This document shows, piece after piece, positions 1-8,841 of a DNA stretch of 64,000 bases. Position numbers and translations under genes: made by a program. Position 1 is the stretch's first letter. Each line of letters opens with the position of its first letter. This DNA is from Candidatus Woesearchaeota archaeon. Lineage in GTDB: Archaea > Nanobdellota > Nanobdellia > Woesearchaeales > SKGA01. Under the pieces are notes generated by a model that saw only the letters and a program-made list of their open reading frames with translations, made no database searches and had not been told where the DNA came from. The stretch is taken from the NCBI GenBank assembly GCA_046543005.1, contig JBKHAG010000001.1, positions 1,632 through 65,631 of the forward strand. Reading direction: 5' to 3'.

Positions 1-901
1 TAACAACAAGAGGTAAAATCACAATAAGTAAAATTGGTAAAACGACCCCTAACATATTAAGTGTTGTAAGAGGTGATTTTAAACCATGAGCGTAATGAAG
101 CATTTTTTCATAGGTTTCATCAAGCATTACAGAAAGCGCTTTATCCAAACTTTCTCGACGTTTGTTTTCTGTTGATTCATACAATGATGCTTGAATTAAA
201 TGTATACTCTCAACAAATTCAGGATCATCATTTTTCCACCCATCTAAATAAGCAAATAAAGAATCTTTAATAGAATCATATGTTTGAGTTTCCACATCCC
301 ACACTATTTTTCTTAAATCAAGAGCAAGAGGAGGAGCAAGATGTTCTGAAGCAAAACGAATCGCCAATTCTAAATTTGAAGTGTGGCGCATATAAGTGAC
401 GATGTAAAAAACCGCTAAAACCATTTGGTTTGAAGCCTTCATTTTCCAAGTTTTTGACAAGGTAAAGGGCAAGTTTTGCAAAGGTACTAAAATTACTAAA
501 CTTAAAAGGACAAAAAATAAAACAAAAAATAGATTCCCTGTTTGTCCTAAAAGACTAGGAATAAGGAAAAAAATAATAATTGCTCCAAAGGTTATTGCTA
601 AAGGAATAAGTAAGGCAGCACTATAAACGCCTGTTGGTGTTGTAGAAAGATGACATGTTTTGATTGCTTGTTCAAGTTTTTTTTCTTTTTTTTTATCGGG
701 CGCGTAAGGTAAAACCTTTTCTGCGAATTGACAAATTTTTTCATACACATTTAATTTTTTTGGCAAGTATTGATTTTTAAATTCTGAATAAGCTCGAGAT
801 TGTACAGGGTTTTCTTGTTTAAAAGAATCACCACGTAATTCTCGCTCTAAACGTTGTTTAAAAAAGTCCGCCACATCCTTGTCTTCTTTTCCTGCAACCA
901 T
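1..901 (-). CDS. FlaJ/TadC-like (T2SS-F family) polytopic membrane platform protein, 3'-partial (runs off window start)
   Basis: Minus-strand ORF starts ATG 899-901 (MVAGKEDKDVADFF...), 6 bp downstream of the secretion ATPase stop; cytoplasmic N-domain followed by hydrophobic helices; classic ATPase+platform gene pair. Not in ORF track because no stop in window. Confidence 0.45.
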   Translation of the reverse strand, partial: MVAGKEDKDVADFFKQRLERELRGDSFKQENPVQSRAYSEFKNQYLPKKLNVYEKICQFAEKVLPYAPDKKKEKKLEQAIKTCHLSTTPTGVYSAALLIPLAITFGAIIIFFLIPSLLGQTGNLFFVLFFVLLSLVILVPLQNLPFTLSKTWKMKASNQMVLAVFYIVTYMRHTSNLELAIRFASEHLAPPLALDLRKIVWDVETQTYDSIKDSLFAYLDGWKNDDPEFVESIHLIQASLYESTENKRRESLDKALSVMLDETYEKMLHYAHGLKSPLTTLNMLGVVLPILLIVILPLVV

Positions 902-906
902 AGTAT

Positions 907-3174
907 CTATAATTCTTTTCGTCTAAGTTCTTTATCAAACCATTGAGTCCATTCAAATAAAATTTCTTTAGAATCTGCATGCCCTCTTTTTTTTACAACT
1001 CGTTCAACTACTTTGTGAAATGAATCATAAGCAAGCAATACAAAAGGCGCTTCAAGTAAAGAAGAATCTTTTCTTTTTTGACTTGTTGTAAAAATGTGCT
1101 CATTAATTTGGGAGCGCAATAAAATATTTTCCCACATCGCGTCCCAGTCACCTGCATATTCTTTAATTTTTGATGCGATTTCTTTTAAAATATCGCTTTC
1201 ACCATTAAGAAGTTCAGGCGTTGGTTCGAGCTGATCAGTAGTCGCATTATATTTTAACAAATCAACAAAGGCTCCTTCTGATAAAGGATCATCATCCCAG
1301 TCCTTTCGCACTTCAGTGATTTGTAATATTCTTCGTAGCTTGTGTAATCCATCTGCAGATTTAATGGGGTTTGCAATAATAATAATATCTGTTGCTTTAA
1401 AAGAAGTTTTAGGAACACCAATATCATTTACCAAACGGTCAAAAATTCCATAAGGAGTATCGCCATGAATTGTTCCTGCAACAACATTTGCAGCAGCTCC
1501 AACTCTCATCGCTTCATAAAGTGCTTTTGCTTCAGCACTTCTTACTTCACCAACGATTAGCGCACTATCTCCTAATCGAAGCGTACTTCGAATCCCATCA
1601 GCTGCCGAAAACTCATTACCCATTTTTGCAAGAGCGCTTGCGACTTTTAGGGGTTGAATATTAAATCCTAATTCTCGCATAGATTTTGTTGGAAGTTCTA
1701 AAGTATCTTCAATCGTAAGAATTCTGTGGCGACGCATAATAGATAAAATAAGCGCGGATAAAAAACTACTTTTCCCACTACTTCTTGTTCCACAAACAAG
1801 CATGGTTCGCGTCCCATCAATTAAAAACCATAATAATCCTGCAGCTAAACTATTAATCATTTTATAGGACATAAAAAGAGGCAATGTCCAAGGTTTATCT
1901 CGATGTCTTCGAAAAGAAAATGCAAGACCTGTAGGATTAAGCGGTCGCGTTATTGTTGATGTCCTCACACTTGCTCCAGGAAATTCTATTTCCGTATCTA
2001 AAATAGGATTTGCTTCGTCTAAAGGTCTTCCTGACATCATTCGTAATTTTGATGCCCAACTTTGCACATCAGCAACAGTTGGAAAAATATTTGTTTTACA
2101 ATCATCATATTCTGAGTGAACTATATACATAGGTAGTTCGCCTGCAGGACTATTTACAGAAATATCTTGTATTTTAGAATCTTCAAGCAATACTTCAACA
2201 AGTCCAAAACCAACTGTATAACGCACCAGTATTCGTGCAAGCTCATCAAGTTCTTTTTCAGGAATAGATAGCTTTCTATATGAAGCGAGCTCTTCTAACA
2301 AGTCTTTACCTACATTAAAAAAGATTTCTCTCATCCTCATAGGATCAGTAAATTCATCTTGTTCTGGAGTATGCTCACTTAAAATTTTTTTTGCTGTATC
2401 AAGTAAATCATAACGTTCTTCAGAAAGTCTAAATTCAGGAGGAACAATATGATATATATATTGTACAGAATCTGGTTGATCAAAAACAACAATTTCTGTC
2501 TCTCCAACCATATAATTATCAAGCTCATTGGCGTGCTTAGGATATGTAGCCATAAGTTTTGTAAACATAAAATCCGGTTTTATTATAGGGGAAAATAATT
2601 TTCTGTATACGGTTCGTTTTCCTATTTCGTATCCTTGAATATAAGGTCGAGCTAAAAGTAATAATTTTGTTTGAGAGAGTAATTGAATTATATATTCTAA
2701 AAGTTTAGCGTATACTTGATGGCTTTTTCGTAAATTTTCATCAGGCTCTTTGTCTATAAAAATGTGTTCTCGGCGTAATAATCGTTTAAGTAAAACAAAA
2801 CAACCAATAGGGTCTTTTTTGAGTTGAGAAAAAAGTTTTTGATGTAATTCATTATACCTTGTTGCAAGCTGTGAAGAAGCAATACTTTGGGTAAGTGCAG
2901 AATAGCTAAACAATTCTTTATTTCTAACTAACTTTTGATAAAGACGAGCAATCTCAGAAAGTAAAGAAACGTGATGAGTATCATATTCATAATCATGTTT
3001 TTGATTAAATATAATTCTTGTTGCTGTAGGGTTTTCTTGTAAAAGTTCTATGGCCTCAGCCATAGTTATAGGATCATCTTCAATAGAAGGAATGCGTCCT
3101 CTAAGCGTATAATCAACTTGTATAGTTACTGAGGAACCCTCTCTAAGCACATCATAAGAAAGTTGCTTTTCCAT
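907..3174 (-). CDS. Type II/IV secretion-system ATPase, FlaI/GspE/VirB11 family, with ~200-aa N-terminal extension (755 aa)
   Basis: Walker A-like VCGTRSSGKSSFLSAL; FlaI/VirB11 signature SALIVGEVRSAEAKALYEAMRVG (cf. IVGEIR..EA..LFQAM.TG); followed by platform-protein gene. Confidence 0.7.
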   Translation of the reverse strand: MEKQLSYDVLREGSSVTIQVDYTLRGRIPSIEDDPITMAEAIELLQENPTATRIIFNQKHDYEYDTHHVSLLSEIARLYQKLVRNKELFSYSALTQSIASSQLATRYNELHQKLFSQLKKDPIGCFVLLKRLLRREHIFIDKEPDENLRKSHQVYAKLLEYIIQLLSQTKLLLLARPYIQGYEIGKRTVYRKLFSPIIKPDFMFTKLMATYPKHANELDNYMVGETEIVVFDQPDSVQYIYHIVPPEFRLSEERYDLLDTAKKILSEHTPEQDEFTDPMRMREIFFNVGKDLLEELASYRKLSIPEKELDELARILVRYTVGFGLVEVLLEDSKIQDISVNSPAGELPMYIVHSEYDDCKTNIFPTVADVQSWASKLRMMSGRPLDEANPILDTEIEFPGASVRTSTITRPLNPTGLAFSFRRHRDKPWTLPLFMSYKMINSLAAGLLWFLIDGTRTMLVCGTRSSGKSSFLSALILSIMRRHRILTIEDTLELPTKSMRELGFNIQPLKVASALAKMGNEFSAADGIRSTLRLGDSALIVGEVRSAEAKALYEAMRVGAAANVVAGTIHGDTPYGIFDRLVNDIGVPKTSFKATDIIIIANPIKSADGLHKLRRILQITEVRKDWDDDPLSEGAFVDLLKYNATTDQLEPTPELLNGESDILKEIASKIKEYAGDWDAMWENILLRSQINEHIFTTSQKRKDSSLLEAPFVLLAYDSFHKVVERVVKKRGHADSKEILFEWTQWFDKELRRKEL

Positions 3175-3530
3175 AGATTTAGGAGTACGAGATGTTGATT
3201 TTTTTTCTTGTTCTTTAGAAGATTTAGCTCGCGCTGAACTAGTATCTAAAGAACCTGATTGTAGAGGTTCTATTTGTGCTCACCTTTTCACGTAATGTTT
3301 ACGTCTATTAAAGAGTAAGGAGTTTATAAATATTCCCTATAAATGGCGCTGTCCCAAAAGGTATGCATATGTATACTGCCTTGCGGCGAATTTTTTTAAA
3401 GCAAATAAGAAGAACTGTAAAGTTCGCACTTATAATCCTTGATTCAAAAATAAAATCTATACGACCCAAGGCGATAACAAAAACGCGCAGTATACTAATC
3501 TACACCATGTGGGACAAGCCCCTATAAATG

Positions 3531-3721
3531 GCCTTGTTTAAAATATTGTACATTTGTATACTGCGCGTCATTATCATTATCATTATTATTGTTATTATTA
3601 TTGTTATTATTATCGCCTTGAAACAAATAACGAGCAGGCAGTAAACAGCTAAGCACATAGCCAGATTACTGTTTCTGCTGTAATTGACAGTATACATAAA
3701 AACTCCTTTTTGAACAAGGCC
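3531..3721 (+). repeat. MITE-like intergenic repeat element, copy A (191 bp), with 14-bp terminal inverted repeats GGCCTTGTTTAAAA / TTTTTGAACAAGGCC and internal (ATT/ATC)n microsatellite
   Basis: Near-identical to 16336-16503 and 24912-25093; 5' GGCCTTGTTTAAAATATTGTACATTTGTATACTGCGCG ... AAACAAATAACGAGCAGGC.GTAAACAGCTAAGCACATAGCCAGATTACTGTTT.TG.TGTAATTGACAGTATACATAAAAACTCCTTTTTGAACAAGGCC 3'; inner IR TGTATACTG/CAGTATACA. Confidence 0.7.
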
Positions 3722-3765
3722 CTAGGAAGGTGATTTTTCCCTCATCTATACCTCGTCATAAAACA

Positions 3766-3773
3766 AAGTTTAA
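3766..3773 (+). promoter_or_regulatory. Putative archaeal TATA box (TTTAAATA) ~28-35 nt upstream of trpS ATG (leaderless-type promoter)
   Basis: AT-rich octamer at canonical archaeal distance from start codon. Confidence 0.25.
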
Positions 3774-3800
3774 ATAACGTCCTTTGTTACTTGCAAGCAC

Positions 3801-5048
3801 ATGAAAACAAACGAACACGTTTTAAAACAAAAAAACACGTCAAAAGTAAATCCTTATGAAGTTGATGGTAAAATAGATTATGATAGACTAATTGCTGAAT
3901 TTGGCATTAATCCACTCACACAAAAAGAAATTGATTTGATAGAACAAATTAGTAAAAAACCTGTTCATAAATATATTCGTAGAGGAATTTTTTTTTCTCA
4001 TCGAGATTTACCATGGTGTCTTAAGGAGTATGAAAAAGGCAACAAATTTTTTTTATATACTGGTCGAGGACCTTCAGGACCTATCCAGTTAGGGCATTTA
4101 GCAACATGGTTATTTGCTAAATGGCTTCAAGATGTTTTTGATGTTGAAATGTGGTTTCAATTTACAGACGAAGAAAAATTTTTGTTTAAAAAAGATTTGA
4201 GCTTAGAAGAAACTCAAAAATGGACATATGAAAATATGCTTGATGTTATCGCATTAGGTTTTGATCCTAAAAAAACTCATTTCCTTGTTGATACAAAACA
4301 TGCAGGCATCATGTATCCGCAAGCTATTAAAGTTGCTAAAAAAATAACTTTTTCAACAATTAAATCAGCATTTGGTTTTACAGAAAGTAACAATATAGGG
4401 AGTATTTTTTATACAGCGATGCAAACAGTACCAACTTTTTTACCTAACGTGTTACGAAATGAAAAAAGACCTTGTTTAATCCCTTTAGGTGTTGATCAGG
4501 ATCCTCATTTTAGAATTAGTCGAGATGTTATTGAAAAATTGGGCTTTGATAAACCTGCTATTATACATGCTAAAATGATGAGCCCTTTAGGAAGCGTTGA
4601 AGGTAAAATGAGTAGTTCTCATCCTAGTGCTGCAATATACACCACAGATGATGCTACAACAATTAAGAAAAAAATTAATAAATACGCATTTTCTGGAGGT
4701 CGAGCAACTCTTGAAGAACATCGTAAAAAAGGAGGAAATCCAGATATTGACGTTTCATTTCAGTGGTTGCGTTATTTTGAAGAAGACGATGAAGAGCTTG
4801 CAAAAATTGAAAAAAACTATCGCGAAGGTAAATTATTAAGTGGCGAACTTAAAAAACTCATCATTGAAAAAATTCAAGCGTTTCTTGCGGTTCATCAACA
4901 ACTTCGCGAACAAGCTAAAAATCGTGTTGATGAATTCATATTTACACCAGAAAAAATAAAGAATTCAAAAACAACTACCAAAGAAATATTTGCCTCTAGA
5001 AATGGAACGCATGATGAAAAAATGAACAAAATATTTGCAAAAAAGTAA
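3801..5048 (+). CDS. trpS: Tryptophanyl-tRNA synthetase, archaeal/eukaryal type
   Basis: Class I HIGH-region GPSGPIQLGHL; eukaryal/archaeal TrpRS motif PLGVDQDPHFRISRDV (cf. AIDQDPYFRMTRDV); KMSKS variant KMSSS. Confidence 0.8.
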   Translation: MKTNEHVLKQKNTSKVNPYEVDGKIDYDRLIAEFGINPLTQKEIDLIEQISKKPVHKYIRRGIFFSHRDLPWCLKEYEKGNKFFLYTGRGPSGPIQLGHLATWLFAKWLQDVFDVEMWFQFTDEEKFLFKKDLSLEETQKWTYENMLDVIALGFDPKKTHFLVDTKHAGIMYPQAIKVAKKITFSTIKSAFGFTESNNIGSIFYTAMQTVPTFLPNVLRNEKRPCLIPLGVDQDPHFRISRDVIEKLGFDKPAIIHAKMMSPLGSVEGKMSSSHPSAAIYTTDDATTIKKKINKYAFSGGRATLEEHRKKGGNPDIDVSFQWLRYFEEDDEELAKIEKNYREGKLLSGELKKLIIEKIQAFLAVHQQLREQAKNRVDEFIFTPEKIKNSKTTTKEIFASRNGTHDEKMNKIFAKK

Positions 5049-5097
5049 CAAAAACACTTAAATACGCTAAGACCATAACACAAAGTACAGGTGAGGC

Positions 5098-5565
5098 ATG
5101 GCTAACGATTTTCCAGCAACAATTGATCAAAAAGCACCCAGCGTACAAGAACACGTTTCTAAACATAGTTCTGAAGAATCTCTTTTAAGCAGTGTTCGTT
5201 CTCAACTCACAGATGTTTCTTCTCGACTTAAAATGCTTGAAGAACGCTATAATACGCTACGAAAAACAGTTCAACTCACAGAACAAAACGCTATTGAAAC
5301 AGAAAAGAATAACTTTAAAGAATTACAACTCGTCTCAGAAACAGTTTTGGATGTAAAAAAAACAGTTCAAGAAGTTAACAATAAAATTCAATTATTAGAA
5401 GGAGAAATTAGCAATTTTGTTCCTCGTACAGAATTTAAGACCATTGAACGATATGTTTCTTTTTGGGAACCTATGGATTTTGTTACGCGCAAAGAAGTTA
5501 ATGATTTTTTACGCAAGAAATTTAAAGAATTAGAAGAGAAAAAAAATGCTATTAAAAAAACATAA
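5098..5565 (+). CDS. Hypothetical coiled-coil protein (155 aa)
   Basis: Long ORF, heptad-like charged/hydrophobic periodicity; no recognisable motif. Confidence 0.4.
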   Translation: MANDFPATIDQKAPSVQEHVSKHSSEESLLSSVRSQLTDVSSRLKMLEERYNTLRKTVQLTEQNAIETEKNNFKELQLVSETVLDVKKTVQEVNNKIQLLEGEISNFVPRTEFKTIERYVSFWEPMDFVTRKEVNDFLRKKFKELEEKKNAIKKT

Positions 5566-5597
5566 ATCTTTTAATGTAAAAATAAAAAAGGCAAAAA

Positions 5598-6002
5598 TTA
5601 TTTTTTAGATTCTTGTAAATCTTGTGTTATTTGAGAAAGTTCAGATACATTTTTTGTAAACACAGGCAATACTTTTGCAAAAACTTTTTCCATCGCTTGA
5701 ATTTCTGCTCCAACATCTAAAATGTGTTTATCATATTCACCAACCTTTCCAACAACTGCTTTGTGGAGTTTATCAAACTCTTCTTTAACATCAATTATTT
5801 GCTGTTTCATTTCTGAAAGTTGTTTGTCAGCACTATTTTTCCATTCTAAAATAGAATTAATATCTTTAACGAGCTCATTCCATTTTTCATCAATTATTGC
5901 TTCAATAAGTTCTTCGTTTGAAACAGAATTATCTTGAGAAGGCATGAAAGGAGGTGGCATCTGATTAGGATTTTGATTTGGCATTGGTTGTTGTTGATTC
6001 AT
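5598..6002 (-). CDS. Hypothetical protein with Q/P/N-rich N-terminus and coiled-coil C-terminal region (134 aa)
   Basis: ORF convergent with 5098-5565; MNQQQPMPNQNPNQMPPPFMPSQ... then helical. Confidence 0.4.
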   Translation of the reverse strand: MNQQQPMPNQNPNQMPPPFMPSQDNSVSNEELIEAIIDEKWNELVKDINSILEWKNSADKQLSEMKQQIIDVKEEFDKLHKAVVGKVGEYDKHILDVGAEIQAMEKVFAKVLPVFTKNVSELSQITQDLQESKK

Positions 6003-6022
6003 ATAGTCTCACCTTAAAAAAA

Positions 6023-6742
6023 TTAATTATTAGCACTAGAAAGTAAAATTATTGTAAAAAACCCTATAAGGATAAAAAGTAACATCCCTAACACTTTTGG
6101 ATGAACAATAGTATTTATCACATTAGTTCCAAAATCGCCCGTATTTGTTGATGAAGTTGACGATGGTTGAGGCGTTGATTGATACGTTGGTTGCTGAGAT
6201 GTTGTATGTGTAGTTGATTGAGCAGATGATGATTGCGTTGAATTATCTGTATAGACTTCATGATTTTCTGATGCCCCACCAACTCCTTGCTGAGTAGTTG
6301 AAACTACCACACCTCCATTACTAGGATCTTGATTAGCTAATTTTTGACCAAAGGTCGAGGATAAAGAGATTAATAATATTAGTACAAATAAAACAACCAA
6401 TACCCACTTTACTGCAGCGTTTTCTTTTGAGAGTAAAAAATCTGAAAAAAAGTTTGCATTTTCTCCTACAAACATTTTTAAAATAATAAAGATAAAAAAG
6501 ATAAATACAATAAGAGCTGCAAACCAAGGTGCTAAAGTAGACAACAAAGTAGAAATATCTGTTGCTATCACGACAAATAATGAAACCACTAAAGAAATAA
6601 TCGCATATAAACCACGTTCTCCAGGTACATCTTTTAAGAATCGTATTAATCCTAATATTCCAAAAAAGATTGCAAACACTAAGAGGAACATAAATACAGG
6701 TCCTAAAAAGTTAACCAATGAAATATCCAAAAATGTTGCCAT
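6023..6742 (-). CDS. Polytopic membrane protein with Ser/Thr/Gln-rich (likely glycosylated, extracellular) C-terminal tail
   Basis: 4-5 hydrophobic helices; TQQGVGGASENHEVYTDNSTQSSSAQSTTHTTSQQPTYQSTPQPSSTSSTNTG low-complexity region. Confidence 0.45.
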   Translation of the reverse strand: MATFLDISLVNFLGPVFMFLLVFAIFFGILGLIRFLKDVPGERGLYAIISLVVSLFVVIATDISTLLSTLAPWFAALIVFIFFIFIILKMFVGENANFFSDFLLSKENAAVKWVLVVLFVLILLISLSSTFGQKLANQDPSNGGVVVSTTQQGVGGASENHEVYTDNSTQSSSAQSTTHTTSQQPTYQSTPQPSSTSSTNTGDFGTNVINTIVHPKVLGMLLFILIGFFTIILLSSANN

Positions 6743-6776
6743 TTGTATTATTCCTCCGTTAGTATAATGCTAAAAA

Positions 6777-7394
6777 TCAGTCTTGTTTTCCGTTAAGAAA
6801 ACTCTCCCAATTTTCTCGTCTAATTTTTGCTTGTTTTTCTTTTTGTTCTGGTGTTTTGCTCGTCCCTGTAATGAATTTCATAATAAGTCCAAAGACTAAT
6901 ATTGCAATAACAAGTGCAATTACATCACTATTAAGTAAGCCCCACATCCATCCAGGAAGGTTCCACCAACCCATTGATACTATAAAAATCACAACAACTA
7001 ATGCTCCTGAAAGAACAGTAAATACTTTACCAGGTCCTTTTGACCCGTCTGCTCGTTTTCCAGTCCAAAGACCAAGTGTTAAAAGCACCATTACGATTGC
7101 AACTAAAAGCAAACTTACTTGAGGTAAAGCATTATTTAATGCAGTTACAACAGTCACTGAAGTTCCTGGAATAACAATACCATAATAATGTGAAAAAATC
7201 ACACTCATTGCAACTACTAAAGAAACAACTGCAGAATATTTTTTAACTTGATCATCTGTTGTTCCTAAAATTTTTGTTTTTTCAAGTACCGCAAACACGA
7301 TTGTAAAAATAAGTATAAAGGGTAAAATTACATCAAAAATTCCCCAATTATTAAGTGATTGAATAAGTCCTCCAAAGCCGCCATAGTATGCCAT
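6777..7394 (-). CDS. Membrane protein, tandem paralog A (205 aa)
   Basis: N-terminus MAYYGGFGGL..IFDVILPFILIFTIVFAVLEKTKILG parallels neighbour MAATVLGGTL..VYDIILPFLLVFTLMFAFLEKTKVLG; multiple TM helices. Confidence 0.5.
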   Translation of the reverse strand: MAYYGGFGGLIQSLNNWGIFDVILPFILIFTIVFAVLEKTKILGTTDDQVKKYSAVVSLVVAMSVIFSHYYGIVIPGTSVTVVTALNNALPQVSLLLVAIVMVLLTLGLWTGKRADGSKGPGKVFTVLSGALVVVIFIVSMGWWNLPGWMWGLLNSDVIALVIAILVFGLIMKFITGTSKTPEQKEKQAKIRRENWESFLNGKQD

Positions 7395-7405
7395 CGTTTA
7401 TCTCC

Positions 7406-7978
7406 TCAAGATTTTTTTTCTGTGCTGGGTTTTTTTGATGAGGTCACCCAGGCCATAAAACCTACAAAAACAAGTATCATTAAAACAGTAGCTATTGCAG
7501 CGCTATTCCAATGAGTTGTAAAGAAGCCATAAATTAGAGTTAACCAACCTAAAGCATTAAATAAAATTAAAATAATTCCTAAAAGTGAAAAAATCCAAAA
7601 ACCCGTTTTCCAGCCTTTCCCCATTGAATCAAGAGAAAATTCTTCTTTACCAGTATGAGTTATTCCCACTGCAAGCATAAAACAAGTCCCTGTTATAATA
7701 ATAATCATAACATTTGCAATAACCTCACTTAATATTCGAACGAGTTGGCTTGATGCGATAACAAAAAACGCCGTTGTAAAAGCAACAATTGCATTTAGAT
7801 TTTTTCGCGTATAAGCAGTTTCTTTTCCGTCAGTTACAATAAGCTCTACGCCTAAGACTTTTGTTTTTTCTAAAAACGCAAACATGAGCGTAAAAACTAA
7901 GAGAAAGGGTAAGATTATGTCATAAACACCTAGAGTTGTTAAAAAATCTAGAGTTCCGCCAAGTACTGTTGCTGCCAC
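7406..7978 (-). CDS. Membrane protein, tandem paralog B (190 aa)
   Basis: See paralog A; shared D.ILPF.L.FT..FA.LEKTK.LG motif. Confidence 0.5.
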   Translation of the reverse strand: MAATVLGGTLDFLTTLGVYDIILPFLLVFTLMFAFLEKTKVLGVELIVTDGKETAYTRKNLNAIVAFTTAFFVIASSQLVRILSEVIANVMIIIITGTCFMLAVGITHTGKEEFSLDSMGKGWKTGFWIFSLLGIILILFNALGWLTLIYGFFTTHWNSAAIATVLMILVFVGFMAWVTSSKKPSTEKKS

Positions 7979-8161
7979 CTCAAGTAGTTTTGGGCAAAAG
8001 AGACTATATAAAGGTTTCTATTTATAAAAAAATATGAACAAAGAAGATGCGAAGTAGTTAAGTAAGGTAACGCACTACAACCTCTATAAAAAGGTCCAAC
8101 ATTATTTTTCGTAATAAAAAAGTCCGAGAATTTATAAATAAGGAGAAACTACCCTACCCAT

Positions 8162-8776
8162 ATGGCACAAGACCCAAAAAACAGATTTTCACACATTAAA
8201 GAAGAGTTTATTCAAATGCAAAAAGCGTACGAAGAAGACGATAAACTTCGTGAAGAAATAATAATCTTATCAAGAGATATTATAAAACCATCTAAACAAG
8301 CAATTTACAGCGTACACAGAGAACAATTTGATCAAGCTCAACAACAATTAGAACATGCTCGAGAGCAAATTCACAAAGCAAAAAAACGAATCGAACAATC
8401 ATCTTTTGACTATATCGGTTCTTTTCGTGCGGGCCTTGAAGAATATGTTGAAGCGATGCTTACCTTTTCCTTTATGAAAACTGGTCAAATCCTTTCTAAA
8501 AAAGACTGTGAACTCGAATTTGAACTTCCTTCTGAAACCTATATAGCAGCAATTAGTGATTTTACTGGCGAACTTGTTCGCGCAGGAGTACGAGCAGCAA
8601 TTGCTAAAAACAAGAAACTTATCACACAAATTCATCAAACTATTGAAGAATTACACGGACTTACCATGGGCTTTAATGCGCGTTCAGGAGATCTTCGAAA
8701 AAAAATCGACACCATAAAATATAATTTAGCAAAAATTGAAAACATCGTTTATGATATTACTATAAAACAAAATTAA
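8162..8776 (+). CDS. Translin-family protein
   Basis: C-terminal region ISDFTGELVRAGV...GFNARSGDLRKKIDTIKYNLAKIENIVYDITIK aligns by eye with the translin C-terminus (..DLTGELMR.. / GFRLLNLKNDSLRKRYDGLKYDVKKVEEVVYDLSIR). Confidence 0.6.
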   Translation: MAQDPKNRFSHIKEEFIQMQKAYEEDDKLREEIIILSRDIIKPSKQAIYSVHREQFDQAQQQLEHAREQIHKAKKRIEQSSFDYIGSFRAGLEEYVEAMLTFSFMKTGQILSKKDCELEFELPSETYIAAISDFTGELVRAGVRAAIAKNKKLITQIHQTIEELHGLTMGFNARSGDLRKKIDTIKYNLAKIENIVYDITIKQN

Positions 8777-8841
8777 ATAAAATAAATATATAATCACAAC
8801 TCGATAATGTTTTGTAAAAAAACATTAAAGCAATATAATTA

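Noticed and set aside
3500-3697. 65-aa minus-strand ORF (…IIITIIITIIMIMIM…)
   Set aside because: It is a translation of the (ATT/ATC)n microsatellite inside repeat copy A. It has no coding character and is not conserved between repeat copies.
6856-7122. 88-aa + strand ORF antisense to membrane-protein gene 6777-7394, and similar antisense ORFs (5722-5937, 8399-8638, 9659-10264, 14031-14273)
   Set aside because: They are embedded antisense in well-supported genes and lack start context or motifs.
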